Shown in pieces: positions 17,049 through 27,708 of a stretch of 64,000 nt of DNA. The translations under genes were made by a program, and so were the position numbers. The stretch is from an uncultured delta proteobacterium (GTDB lineage: Bacteria; Desulfobacterota; Binatia; UBA9968), in NCBI GenBank assembly GCA_963847445.1, contig CAWJZV010000006.1, forward strand, positions 32,001 to 96,000, read 5' to 3'. Each line of letters begins with the position of its first letter. Position 1 is the first letter of the stretch. A model generated the notes under the pieces. The model was not told the DNA's origin. It searched no databases and saw nothing but the letters and a program-made list of their open reading frames with translations.

Positions 17049-17759
17049 ATGGTCTGGAACAGAATTAGCATTGTGAAATTGTCGTTCGGTTTGATTGTCG
17101 CTAGCACTGCGATGATGTCCTGTTACCTGACGCCGAAAATTCCGATCGTTGCCGATGAGCAAGTCGAGAGGATGGTTAACGACGAAGCCGGTCGGATCCT
17201 CAACGCGGCCGATCCGCGCGCCGAGTTTTCCCGTTATAGTTTTCAGCTTTCGGCGTTTCCGCGGCAGGATCTGCTCGGTGTAAGCATTGGCCGCGGGCGG
17301 ATCTATATCAGTTATCAGCTCGCGCAGCTGGCGCTCAAAAAATCCTATTATCGCTGGTTGCTGCGGCAGACCCTGGCCCATGAAATCGCCCACGAGCTTG
17401 CCGGACATGCGAACCAGCGCGGCGCCGTCGCTAACAACCCGTCATTACAAGCGGGGGTCACGGCACGCCATCTCGGGCTCGATGGGCTGGTGCAATTCCA
17501 AAACTATTCCGTCGAAAAAGAGTTGCAAGCGGACTTTTACGCAATGAGTTATTGGGCCACGCTTGGCTGGGATTGCGCCATCTGGGTCAATATTCTGCGC
17601 GGCTTTCAAAAGCAGAATTATGCCGGAGATGCTTTCCACCCGACCGATCGCCGCCTGGAGCAGGCGTCAATCAAACTGTCCCGCGATCCGCCCGCCGCCC
17701 ACGCTTCCGCCTGCCTAGACTGCGGGCTTGGCTTAATCTCTCACGAACATACTTGGTGA
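17049..17759 (+). CDS. M48 family zinc metallopeptidase, probable lipoprotein
   Basis: LAHEIAH, ELQAD, FHP motifs; AGGAG RBS before ATG 17049. Confidence 0.75.
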   Translation: MVWNRISIVKLSFGLIVASTAMMSCYLTPKIPIVADEQVERMVNDEAGRILNAADPRAEFSRYSFQLSAFPRQDLLGVSIGRGRIYISYQLAQLALKKSYYRWLLRQTLAHEIAHELAGHANQRGAVANNPSLQAGVTARHLGLDGLVQFQNYSVEKELQADFYAMSYWATLGWDCAIWVNILRGFQKQNYAGDAFHPTDRRLEQASIKLSRDPPAAHASACLDCGLGLISHEHTW

Positions 17760-18015
17760 CGCGCTCAAATTGCTGAACAGAGAAGCGGTCTCAGCTTGGA
17801 TTCGCTCGCCTAAAGTCAGTGGAATTTTCACCCGCGGTCGCTTGCCAGGTTTTCGAATTGCCAATCTGCATACGCTGTGGCTCTTGCGACCAATGTCTTG
17901 CTCCCTTATTGATTGTCGAAAGGGAGCGGAATTTTTTGTTGCGAAACTGAATGATTTTAACTTTGGCCCTGTCAAAATATCGGACAGCGCAGCAATCCCG
18001 CGCTATTATTTAGTG

Positions 18016-19431
18016 ATGGCAGGTCGTTATGACGCGGTGGTGATTGGCGCCGGACCGAACGGCTTGGCGGCGGCGATCACGCTGGCGCAGGCGGGCCGGT
18101 CGGTGGTCATCTATGAGGCTGAAGCGATCCCCGGCGGCGGGGCGAGCTCGCGGGAGCTTACCTTGCCGGGTTACGTGCACGATGTCTGCTCGACGGTTTA
18201 CCCGCTGGCCATCGGCTCGCCGTTTTTTCGCACCCTGCCGCTTGAGCAGCATGGGCTTCAATGGATCCATCCGCCGGCGCCCCTGGCGCATCCGCTCGAC
18301 GATGGCACGGCGGTGATCGTCGAACGTTCGATCGATGCCACTGCGGCTAATCTCGCTGGCGACGCCGGCTGCTATCGCCGCTTGATGAATTATTTCTGCG
18401 CCCGCTGGGACGGATTGGCGGTGGACCTGTTGGGTCCGCCGCGACTGCCACACGGCCCATGTGCGCTGGCGCGCTTCGGCCTTCTTGGCATTCGTCCGGC
18501 GGCGAACTTTGCCCAGAGCTATTTCAAAGGGGTTCGGGCACGCGCGCTATTCGCCGGATTGGCGGCCCATTCCATGTTGCCGCTCGAGGCATTGGGCTCG
18601 GCGGCATTCGGCCTGGTCCTGGCGATTGCCGCCCATAGCGTCGGTTGGCCGGTGGCTCGCGGCGGCGCGCAAAGCTTGACCGCTGCTTTGACTTCTTACG
18701 CGCGCGCGCTGGGCGTGGCAATTATCACGCGCCGGCGCATTGTCGCGCTTAGCGAGTTGCCGAAAGCGCGCGCCGTGTTATGCGATGTGACGCCGCGGCA
18801 ACTTTTGGCGCTCGCCGGAAATGGCTTGCCGCACAGGTTTCAGCGCCGCTTGCGAAACTATCGCTACGGCATGGGCGTGTACAAAGTCGATTGGGCGCTC
18901 TCGGCGCCCGTGCCTTGGCGAGCCGCCGAGTGCGCGCGCGCAGCCACCGTCCACGTCGCCGGCACGCTGGAAGAAATTGCCCGGTCGGAACGCGCGGCGT
19001 GGCGCGGCGAACAGAGTGCCCGGCCCTTCGTTCTGATTGCGCAGCCCTCGCTCTTCGATGCGTCGCGCGCGCCGCCAGGCAAACACACGCTGTGGGGCTA
19101 CTGTCATGTGCCCCATGGCTCGAAGCAAAGCATGCTCGATAGCATTGAAAATCAGATCGAACGATTTGCGCCGGGGTTTCGCGATATAGTGCTGGCGCGG
19201 CACATGATGGGACCGGCGCTTCTCGAACAGCGCAATGCCAATCTGGTGGGCGGGGACATCAACGGCGGCTCTGCCGATCTGCGGCAGCTATTTTTGCGGC
19301 CGTCCTGGCGCATGTATGGGACGCCGGTAAGGGGTCTTTATCTGTGCTCGGCGTCGACGCCTCCCGGCGGCGGCGTGCACGGCATGTGCGGCTATTTTGC
19401 GGCGCGCCAGGCACTCAGCGAAATGGAATAA
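18016..19431 (+). CDS. NAD(P)/FAD-dependent oxidoreductase, phytoene dehydrogenase-like family
   Basis: VVIGAGPNGLAAA dinucleotide fold; HDVCS; LYLCSASTPPGGGVHGMCG. Confidence 0.9.
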   Translation: MAGRYDAVVIGAGPNGLAAAITLAQAGRSVVIYEAEAIPGGGASSRELTLPGYVHDVCSTVYPLAIGSPFFRTLPLEQHGLQWIHPPAPLAHPLDDGTAVIVERSIDATAANLAGDAGCYRRLMNYFCARWDGLAVDLLGPPRLPHGPCALARFGLLGIRPAANFAQSYFKGVRARALFAGLAAHSMLPLEALGSAAFGLVLAIAAHSVGWPVARGGAQSLTAALTSYARALGVAIITRRRIVALSELPKARAVLCDVTPRQLLALAGNGLPHRFQRRLRNYRYGMGVYKVDWALSAPVPWRAAECARAATVHVAGTLEEIARSERAAWRGEQSARPFVLIAQPSLFDASRAPPGKHTLWGYCHVPHGSKQSMLDSIENQIERFAPGFRDIVLARHMMGPALLEQRNANLVGGDINGGSADLRQLFLRPSWRMYGTPVRGLYLCSASTPPGGGVHGMCGYFAARQALSEME

Positions 19432-19645
19432 AGTCATTGGCTTAGCTGGCGCGATGACCCCAGCGAGACTTTGGTAAATCGTTGGCGCAAACCAGCGCGA
19501 CACGAGATCGGGTGATCGTGAGAGATGAAAAAAAGTCCGGTTATGTCGAACAAAAGGGGCACGATTTCGAGAATTTTTTCGCCCAGGATGGTGCCAATCC
19601 CGGCCACCGCACCGTTGCCAAGTCTCTGTGAATAGTTCGCTTTAA

Positions 19646-20062
19646 CTATTTTTTCAGCGCGCTAATCATTACTCCCCAGAGCACGGCGAGCACGCCGCAT
19701 GCCGCCAGTGTCAGACCGACAAATGGCAGCAAGAGCGTTATCGCCGCGCCAACCATAATCAATCCAATACCGGCGGCGAGTGGATTGAGCGGACGGCGCC
19801 GTGCGTCAGCTACGACTTCATCGTTTACGGATGCGGGATTCAGGCGCAGCCCCTGCTCGCGAAGCAGTGAATTTGCGCTTTGTGCGAGTTCTTCGCGGCT
19901 CTCAGGGTCAGAGTCTTGAATCAAACGGCCGATTTCGCCGGCTAGCCGCTCGATTTCCGCTTCGCGCAGCGATTGCGAAATCAGTTGCGCTTCAACCTTC
20001 GTTGGTAAAATCTCATCGGGCGAAGTTGAGGGTTCCATAACTAATTTGTGAGCAATGCTCAT
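19646..20062 (-). CDS. Hypothetical membrane protein (two C-terminal TM helices)
   Basis: Helical N-terminus and hydrophobic hairpin at the C-terminus. Confidence 0.7.
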   Translation of the reverse strand: MSIAHKLVMEPSTSPDEILPTKVEAQLISQSLREAEIERLAGEIGRLIQDSDPESREELAQSANSLLREQGLRLNPASVNDEVVADARRRPLNPLAAGIGLIMVGAAITLLLPFVGLTLAACGVLAVLWGVMISALKK

Positions 20063-20209
20063 GCCAGCGGGTGGCCGCGGTTGGTGGACGACTCGTGCCG
20101 ATGCGCCAAACTTACGGGTGGATTAAGTTTTGCGAAGAAGGTGGATTGAGTTTTGCGAAGGTTGTTGCGAAGGAACGGTGGTTTGAAAGAAATATCAAGG
20201 CAAGTGCTA

Positions 20210-20427
20210 TGATGAAAATGAAGAAAACATCCGCTGAAAATGCCGGACAAAATCGCGCGGCCGAGCCTCTGCTTATCGAGCTCAGCCCAGCAGCAAATAC
20301 CAATCTGAAAACGCTCCAGTTACTCTCTTTAGATCGCCAGGGGCGGCAACCGAGTCCGTCACAGATTATCGAGAAACTGATCAACGCTGCTGCGGTTAAC
20401 GGCCCTGATGCGCCTTATCCGGGGTGA
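20210..20427 (+). CDS. Small hypothetical protein; start uncertain
   Basis: 3' part of ORF 20071-20427, co-oriented upstream of ndh. Confidence 0.4.
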
Positions 20428-20486
20428 ACGGGAGATTCATGAAGCGCCCGTTCCGGTTATCTAACCCGCCGCCCCAGGGGTAATCT

Positions 20487-21756
20487 ATGCATCGGATCGT
20501 AACGATCGGCGGCGGCTTTGGCGGGCTTTGCGCCGCGCAGTCGCTGAAAAATTTACCCGTGCAGGTCACGCTGATAGATCGGCGCAATTTCCATCTTTTT
20601 CAGCCGCTACTTTACCAGGTTGCAACCGGGTGGTTGTCGCCCGCCAACATCGCGTCGACTCTGCGAGCGGTGCTGCGTTACCAAAAAAATGCGCAAGTTC
20701 TGCTGGCAGAGGTGACCGACATCGACGCGGAGCGGCGTAAAGTGATTTTTGCCGGCGGCGAGCTCGGTTACGATACGTTAATCGTTGCCACGGGATCAAG
20801 CCACGATTATTTCGGACATGACGATTGGAAGGAGGTTGCGCCCGGTCTTAAAACCATCGAAGACGCGACGGAGATGCGCCGACGGATATTTTCCGCGTTC
20901 GAATCCGCCGAGCGTGAGCACGATCCGGCGAAGCTTAGAGCCTGGCTTACTTTCATCATCGTCGGCGGTGGCCCGACTGGAGTCGAGCTCGCCGGGGCAT
21001 TGGCCGATATCGCTAACAAGACCTTAACCCATGACTTTCGTAGTATCGATCCCGCCGACGCGCAGATTCTTCTAGTCGAAGCGTCGGACCGCATCCTGTC
21101 GACTTATCCTGAGGATCTATCGAGCAAAGCGCAAAGTTTTTTAAACCATCTTGGCGTTTCAGTGCAAACTCGCACCGCGGTCGCAGCTATCCGTCCCGGT
21201 CAGGTCGCGGTCAGGCGCGGTAAGATCTATGAGACGATTCCATGTCAGACCGTGCTCTGGGCCGCCGGGGTGCGCGCCTCCCAGCTTGGCGCAGCGCTGG
21301 CGCGGCGCGGCGTTGCGACCCTGGATCGCAGCGGCAGAGTGATCGTTCAGGACGATTTTTCGCTTGCCGAACATCCGGAAATTTTTGTGATCGGCGATCT
21401 GGCCAACTATACGCCATCGCGGCGGCAAGCCATTGCCAGGCATCGCCCCGGTGGCGCAACAGGCGGGTCGCTATGTCGCCAAAGTCATTGGCTCCCGGCT
21501 TACGGGCAAAACCTTACCGCGATTTGAGTATCGCGAGCGAGGCAGCATGGCCATAGTCGGCCGGGCGACGGCAATCGCCGATTTGGCAGGATTCCATCTC
21601 GCCGGATTTACCGCATGGATCGCCTGGTTGTTCGTTCATCTGATGCAGCTGGTTGAATATCAAAACCGTGTGCTGGTACTGGTGCAATGGGGCTGGTTTT
21701 ATTTTCGCCGCAGCCGTGCCGCGCGGTTAATCACCGGCGATAAGTTTAAATCGTGA
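20487..21756 (+). CDS. ndh: Type II NADH dehydrogenase (frameshift near 21415)
   Basis: IGGGFGG, FQPLLYQVATG, VGGGPTGVELAG, WAAGV, FVIGD; continues in 21433-21756 (PGIAPVAQQAG...WIAWLFVHL). Confidence 0.9.
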
Positions 21757-22007
21757 CGCGGCAGGGCGAAATCAGCGCCGTAATAGTCACGCCTCTGTGA
21801 AGTTGCTGCGGCAAGTTTGATAAAAATGGACCATTCCATATAGTACGCCGCCATGCCTGCGGGTAGATAATTCGTCGCGGTACTAGCGTCTCGTTTTCGA
21901 TACACGCCCAAGCTTTTCGTATCGTTTTTGGGATAGCCCCACTGACCGCGGAATTTTGGAACCAATTAATCTTCGTTGATTATTCCTCTTCCAGCGACGA
22001 TTAGTGC

Positions 22008-22022
22008 TGGCATGTCGGTTGC
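22008..22022 (+). promoter_or_regulatory. sigma54 promoter
   Basis: TGGCAT-GTCGG-TTGC, perfect consensus, upstream of ORF 22171. Confidence 0.7.
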
Positions 22023-22170
22023 AGCCTTGTCGTTGCGCGCGATTTAAATTATCCGCCGTCAGCGGATTTCAACAACAATCGCATCGGCGGAAATTGGCGG
22101 AAAATTGTATCGTCGAGAATGCCGAAAAAATAATTAAAAAAGTCAAAAGGAGAATTAAGGAGATCTGAAC

Positions 22171-22491
22171 ATGGCGAATTTTGCTGCAAACGACCGCTTG
22201 AGCCTATGGTTGCAGGTGTTCAACAATAGCAAGGTCAATGGGGCGCCCTATTTGGGTGACGATTTGCCGGCGCACCGTTGGACATGGCCAACCGATACTT
22301 ACATGCGCCGCCGCTTGCGCAGTTTGCACGCCGATGGGGGCGACGAAACGACCACTCCTAATTTCGTTAACCGTCGAGACAATGTTTTGTTCAATAGTTT
22401 GGCGCGTGAAAGACCCGACCCACGAGCAGGCGACCCGAAAAAAGCTCGGAGACGACAAATTTTGCGCGATGCTGAAGCGATCGAGCCGTGA
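22171..22491 (+). CDS. Hypothetical protein
   Basis: AAGGAG RBS and sigma54 promoter upstream; no family recognised. Confidence 0.5.
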   Translation: MANFAANDRLSLWLQVFNNSKVNGAPYLGDDLPAHRWTWPTDTYMRRRLRSLHADGGDETTTPNFVNRRDNVLFNSLARERPDPRAGDPKKARRRQILRDAEAIEP

Positions 22492-22595
22492 AGCCACAGT
22501 CGTTGCAGCAAGCCGTGATTTTGCGCGCACCGCTAGCCAATTCTGAGCCTGGGATTGGAAGTTATAAAAGTATGGAATTGACGAGGAGGTAAACT

Positions 22596-22784
22596 ATGAT
22601 GCACCACGCGAATCGCGAATTACCGGCCGGCGACGGTCCAGCCATGCCGATTGGTTTGATCTGTTCTTCTTGCGGACTCGGTTTTACCTGCGAGAAGGAG
22701 CTGCGCGACCATCAATTGATTTGCCGCAGCAGCGGCGAGTTTCTCAACCAGTTCAACATCGAGATCGAAAGGTGTAACAACTGA
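22596..22784 (+). CDS. 62-aa protein with a single classical-type zinc finger (C2HC)
   Basis: GAGGAGG RBS; C-x2-C-x3-F-x5-L-x2-H-x3-C. Confidence 0.7.
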   Translation: MMHHANRELPAGDGPAMPIGLICSSCGLGFTCEKELRDHQLICRSSGEFLNQFNIEIERCNN

Positions 22785-22909
22785 CAACGTTCCAGTGCAA
22801 AGAGCGCATCGTTGATCACATGATAACTAGGAAAATTGTGATTCAACCGGGCGAAACAGATTTTTTATTTCTCTTGCGGCGGCGATCCTGTCGTTGCCGA
22901 TAGGTATCG

Positions 22910-23746
22910 TTAAGAATACGCGGTGGTGATTTTCGCTTGGATCGGCAGGTGGTCGGAAGCGCTACGTGCCGGGGTGCGCCGGTGCACTCTGGTTTCGACT
23001 AGCGCTTGTCCGGGCCAAACCCAGATGCGGTCGAGCGCAAACAGCGGCATCCATGAAGGAAAAGTGCGCAATCTAGCGGATTTGCCAAAATGGCGCGCCA
23101 TGCTCCGGAGTGAACGGCCATAAGGGTGCCATTCGTTAAGGTCGCCCAGGACAACGACCATGTTATTGTCGCGACGTTTGGCAACCAGATTGCTGAGCAT
23201 GTTGGTCTGGCGCCGCCGTTCGCGGCCGCTGAGGCCCAAATGCGTCACGATGACGCGCACGATGGCGCCGCCGATGTTCAGGTCGACGTCGATGGCGCCA
23301 CGCGGTTCGCGCCGGGACACGCTCAAGTCGACGTTTCTCACCTCAAGAATCTTATAGCGTGTCAATAACACATTGCCAAAGTCGCTATCGCGACGGCGCA
23401 GCGTCGGGCCGGCGACCGCTTTAAAATCGGTCTCGCGCGTAAGATATCTAAGCTGAAAGATTTCATTCTCGCCGGTCTGGCTGTCGACTTCTTGCAAACC
23501 GATGATTCCAGCATCGAGGTTTTGCAGCACCTGCACGATGCGCCGGTCATCACGCCTACCGTCCGGGCCGACACCTTGATGGATGTTGTAGGAAGCCGCC
23601 GAAAAAATCAGCGGTGCTTGAGCAACGGTCGGATTCGAATTCGTCAAAAGTCTCTCTCTGAAAATCTTGTTGATAATATTTTTGACATTTCTCGGGCGCC
23701 GATTCAATGTGCAATCGCGCAGCACGGAACGCGATTTCATCCGCAA
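22910..23746 (-). CDS. Endonuclease/exonuclease/phosphatase family protein (YbhP-like); true start probably later
   Basis: SYNIH, GLQEVD, THL, GDLNEW, LDRIW, ASDHLP. Confidence 0.9.
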   Translation of the reverse strand: MRMKSRSVLRDCTLNRRPRNVKNIINKIFRERLLTNSNPTVAQAPLIFSAASYNIHQGVGPDGRRDDRRIVQVLQNLDAGIIGLQEVDSQTGENEIFQLRYLTRETDFKAVAGPTLRRRDSDFGNVLLTRYKILEVRNVDLSVSRREPRGAIDVDLNIGGAIVRVIVTHLGLSGRERRRQTNMLSNLVAKRRDNNMVVVLGDLNEWHPYGRSLRSMARHFGKSARLRTFPSWMPLFALDRIWVWPGQALVETRVHRRTPARSASDHLPIQAKITTAYS

Positions 23747-23823
23747 ATCTGGGACGCTAACTTATTTAAACAGAGGCACGGGTTTTGGCCCAAACGCCGT
23801 CGGGAACTCGGCCAAGGGTATTT

Positions 23824-23838
23824 TGGCACGTCTGTTGC
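23824..23838 (+). promoter_or_regulatory. sigma54 promoter
   Basis: TGGCAC-GTCTG-TTGC, perfect consensus, 40 nt before ATG 23878. Confidence 0.72.
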
Positions 23839-23877
23839 TGAACTTAATGCCGATAAAAGGAATCGTCGGCTCGACAT

Positions 23878-24180
23878 ATGAGTGAAAAAAGAAACATCCG
23901 GGTTGCCGCTGTCGGGGATTTGCATTGCACCAAAACCTCGCAGGGAAATTTGCAAGTATTGTTCCAGCAGATTTCTGAAAATGCAGATATTTTGCTGCTA
24001 TGCGGCGATTTGGTTGACTAAGGTCGACTCGAAGAGGGCCGATCAAAATTCCCATGCTGGCGGTTGCTGGGGAATCATGGGTATGAGTCTGGCCAGCAGT
24101 TGAGGGTCAACGTGTCTTAGTCAACGCTGTGGTGACTTATCCTCGAGCCTGGCTGGTGGCTCGAAGAGCTTTGGCGGCGA
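23878..24180 (+). pseudogene. Decayed calcineurin-like metallophosphoesterase
   Basis: MSEKRNIRVAAVGDLH...ADILLLCGDLVD then TAA at 24019; LGNH motif follows in the same frame; the rest is degenerate. Confidence 0.75.
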
Positions 24181-24515
24181 TGCAGCAGGAATAAACCTCT
24201 GCGGGCCGTTCAATAGTTCAACCTCAATTTCATCGACAACTTTTTATCCTGGTGACAATTTACATTCAGCAAAAAACCAACCGAGCGCACTTCCGATCAG
24301 CGATGCGATGAGACGACTACTTAACGGTGCGCATAGGTTTAATTGTCATCATTGGACTGACGGCCCGGTGGGATACTATCGGCCAGCGTTCCACGCTGCT
24401 AGTGAACGGAGAAAGCAAACAAGGCAAGGCCTTGCGCCGTCAACCGGCGCGAACAGCGTCACAGTCACAGGCGTAACCGCTTGAACCCCATTTCGCTTAA
24501 ATGTAGAAGCGGCCA

Positions 24516-27338
24516 ATGAAACGATTGCTCGGCTATCAATTTCTACGCCAGCGCCTTGGCACCCTTTCGCTGCGCGCGCATCTGTTTGCGCTAGTAGTGG
24601 TGTCGATGGTGCCGTTTCTGCTATTTGCGTTGCTGGTGCTGAATCTTTTCGCGAGCCGGGAGAAAGCGTCGCTCGCGACCGGCTTGCGCGAAACGACGCG
24701 TGCGCTGTCCTCCGCCTTGGATCGCGAATTCGAAGCGACTAAAACGCCCCTCGAGTCGTTGGGCACTCTGGAGGATTTCGATAGCGGCGATCTCGGCCAG
24801 ATCCAACGCAAGCTGCGGCGCGTCTTACAGAGCCGTCCCACTTGGCGCACCATTGCGCTCCACGACCCGTCCGGCCAGCAGATTTTGCAGTTGGTCAATC
24901 CATTGGGTGAATCCCTGCCCGAGACCGACTTTGAGCAGGAGAGTTTCCGGGCCACGGTAACCACTAAACAGTCCATGCCGATCAATTTTCATCGCCATCC
25001 GACTGCCGGTCCCATGGTCGGATATCGCGTGCCGGTGCTGCGCGCCGGCGAATTGCGCTATGTGCTCTCGGTGGAAATTGCCCCGGCGGTGTACGGCGAA
25101 ATTCTTGCGCGCCAGAAATTGCCGGCCCAGGCCGTCGCGACCGTGGTCGATGGGCGCAATACTATCGTCGGCACGAGCGGGCGCCAGGAACTGGTCGGTC
25201 AGCGCGCGGGACCGCTGGTGCGCCGCGCTACGCCGGGCCAGCTCGAAGGCTGGTTCGAAGGGCCTGACCGAGACGGCGTGCCCTCCTACGCGGCAGTCAG
25301 CCGTTTGCCGACCAATGGCTGGGCGGTCGCACTGGCGATTCCCGCCGCACATCTCGAGGAGCCTCTAACGCGTTCTTTGGGATCCTTATTGGGTGCGGGG
25401 GCGGTCTTTCTAGTCGTTGGCATCCTGCTCGCCGTGATCGTCGAAGCGCGCATTAGCGAACCGCTCGATGAATTGACGCGCCAGGCCGGCGCGCTCGGGC
25501 GCGGCGAAACGGTGGTCATGGGCGGCCATTCTCGGGTGACTGAGGTGGAGAATCTCAGGCGTGATATCGGCCGAACGGCCGGACTGCTTGAGCAGCGCGG
25601 CCAGGAGCGCGACCGCGCGGCAGCGGCGTTGCGCGAATTAAACGACCGCTTGGAGCTGCGCATCGTGGAGCGCACCGAAGAATTGGAAGAAGCCAACAGC
25701 GAGCTCAGGAGAGAAATCCGCGAGCGTCAGCTAGCCGAAGCGGCGCTGCGCGCCGAGCATGTTTATTTAAATCTGCTGCGCAGCACCGAGCAGGTGATCC
25801 ATGAGGCGGCGAGTATAGAGGGCGCCTTGAACGCAGCCCTCGAGCAAATCTGCGGCCATTTGGGGTCGCCGGTTGGATACTGTGCGATGTTGGCTGTTTC
25901 CCAGCAGGAGCGACACACTTCGCTCTGGTATGGCGAAGCAGACCGGGAACGCTTTGCCGCACTGCAACTTGCGCTTGAGCTGGCCGCTGCCGACGGTAGT
26001 GACCCGGCCAGCCTGGCGGTATCGGGCCGTGGACCAAACTGCTTGAACGATCTAGCGGCGCAACCTGAGCCTTGGGCGCGCGCGGCGACCGATGCAGGAC
26101 TGGTATCGGCGTGCGTTTTTGCGGTGTTCGGCGGCGGCGAGCCGGCCGGCGCTCTGGCTATTTTTTTCGACCGCGCGATCGCTTTAGATCAGCGGCTGTC
26201 GGCGTTGTTAGCGCAGTTGGCCATGCAACTAGGCCGGGCCGTCGATCGCCAGCAGGCCGATGAGGCGCTGCGGCTAAGCGAAGAGCGCTTTCGTTCGGCC
26301 TTTGACGAAGGGCCGATCGGCATCGGCATGGTCGATCTCGAAATGCGCTATTTGCGCGTCAACCAAGTGCTTTGCGCGATGCTCGGATTGCGCGGCGAAG
26401 AATTATTGGGGCACGAGTTTTTCGCGAACGTGCATCCCAGGGATCTCAATGAAATTCGCCGCCATGCCGAACGATTACTGCGTGGAGAGACAACAAATTA
26501 TCGCCACGAAACCCGGCTGATCGGGAAAAACGGCGAAGTGCTTTGGTGTTTCATCACCGCCACTCTGATCGCGGTGCGCGGCTCCATGCCCAATTATGCT
26601 CTCTACTTGATCGAAAATATTACCGAGCGGAAACGCATCGAGGAAAAATTGCGCGAGAGTGAACGGCTTGTCGCGGTCGGCGCCACCGCGGCCATGTTTG
26701 CCCATGAAGTGGGGAATCCCCTCAACGGCATTTCCACCACCGTGCAGATGATCGAGCGCGATCTAGCGCGCATGCAAAACGGGGTTAAACCCTCGGTGTT
26801 CTCGGCCCTGGGCGATATCAAAAGCGAGATCACCCGTTTAGGCGCGCTACTCCATGAATTTCGCTATTTAGCACGGCCGCAGCGCTTAGAACAAAAACCG
26901 GTCCGCCTGGACAGTTTAATCGGCTCTGTGTTGATGCCGAATGCTTATAGCGAACGGGGTGTGGCGCTTGAAATCGATGTTCCCGACGATCTGCCGGCCA
27001 TCAGCGGTGACGAAGAGCGGCTCAAGCAGGTGGTGGTGAATCTTGCCGACAATGCCGTCGACGCTATGCCCGAAGGCGGCACGCTGACGGTGCGCGCTTA
27101 CCGCGACGGGAATGAACTTTGCCTGGAGCTCGCCGATACCGGCATTGGCATCCCGCCGGGCGTGAATATTTTTGAGCTATTCACCACGACCAAATCCCAT
27201 GGCACCGGGCTCGGCCTCGCCGTGGTGCGCCAAATCGTATCTGCTCACGGTGGCCGGGTCGATTATCGCACCGTACCCGGAACCGGCACGAGCTTTACCG
27301 TTAGGTTGCCGCTCAGCAATTTTGAAATTGCAAATTAA
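24516..27338 (+). CDS. Membrane sensor histidine kinase (Cache-HAMP-GAF-PAS-HisKA-HATPase, NtrB-like core)
   Basis: Two TM segments; FAHEVGNPL; NAVDAMPEGG; FTTTK.HGTGLGL. Confidence 0.92.
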   Translation: MKRLLGYQFLRQRLGTLSLRAHLFALVVVSMVPFLLFALLVLNLFASREKASLATGLRETTRALSSALDREFEATKTPLESLGTLEDFDSGDLGQIQRKLRRVLQSRPTWRTIALHDPSGQQILQLVNPLGESLPETDFEQESFRATVTTKQSMPINFHRHPTAGPMVGYRVPVLRAGELRYVLSVEIAPAVYGEILARQKLPAQAVATVVDGRNTIVGTSGRQELVGQRAGPLVRRATPGQLEGWFEGPDRDGVPSYAAVSRLPTNGWAVALAIPAAHLEEPLTRSLGSLLGAGAVFLVVGILLAVIVEARISEPLDELTRQAGALGRGETVVMGGHSRVTEVENLRRDIGRTAGLLEQRGQERDRAAAALRELNDRLELRIVERTEELEEANSELRREIRERQLAEAALRAEHVYLNLLRSTEQVIHEAASIEGALNAALEQICGHLGSPVGYCAMLAVSQQERHTSLWYGEADRERFAALQLALELAAADGSDPASLAVSGRGPNCLNDLAAQPEPWARAATDAGLVSACVFAVFGGGEPAGALAIFFDRAIALDQRLSALLAQLAMQLGRAVDRQQADEALRLSEERFRSAFDEGPIGIGMVDLEMRYLRVNQVLCAMLGLRGEELLGHEFFANVHPRDLNEIRRHAERLLRGETTNYRHETRLIGKNGEVLWCFITATLIAVRGSMPNYALYLIENITERKRIEEKLRESERLVAVGATAAMFAHEVGNPLNGISTTVQMIERDLARMQNGVKPSVFSALGDIKSEITRLGALLHEFRYLARPQRLEQKPVRLDSLIGSVLMPNAYSERGVALEIDVPDDLPAISGDEERLKQVVVNLADNAVDAMPEGGTLTVRAYRDGNELCLELADTGIGIPPGVNIFELFTTTKSHGTGLGLAVVRQIVSAHGGRVDYRTVPGTGTSFTVRLPLSNFEIAN

Positions 27339-27544
27339 ATATTCAAACACAACATCGGATGGTCGTTAAAGAACGAGTTTATAAATTTATCCTTAAATTT
27401 GCTTTCCCAGCGACTCAACCGCCGCCTCCAAGCAGCCGCTCCAGACCAGGACAAAGTATTGCTTTGTCGACCTCTCACCGTAAAAACTATATCCCAAAAA
27501 TTGTCCCGGTTCCGATACATCAGCGAAAAGCCTGATTGCAAGTC

Positions 27545-27559
27545 CGGGACAGCAGTTGC
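27545..27559 (+). promoter_or_regulatory. sigma54 promoter candidate
   Basis: CGGGAC-AGCAG-TTGC upstream of the nucleotidyltransferase. Confidence 0.4.
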
Positions 27560-27708
27560 CAGTTCATTGCAGCTCGTGTGAGTTTCGCGCTCTTGTGTCG
27601 GGAAAAAGCCTCGTGACGCGGGCTCGAGACCAGCGTCGGCGCGATGAATTCGCTGGTCCGGGTTTTGCTGTTTCACCTGAGACATTTTCCTCGCACATAG
27701 GAGTGATC

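Noticed and set aside
27502-27519. TGTC-N10-TACA as a GlrR-type activator site
   Set aside because: Single imperfect match, too close to the -24 element for a typical UAS, and not seen at the other promoters by eye.
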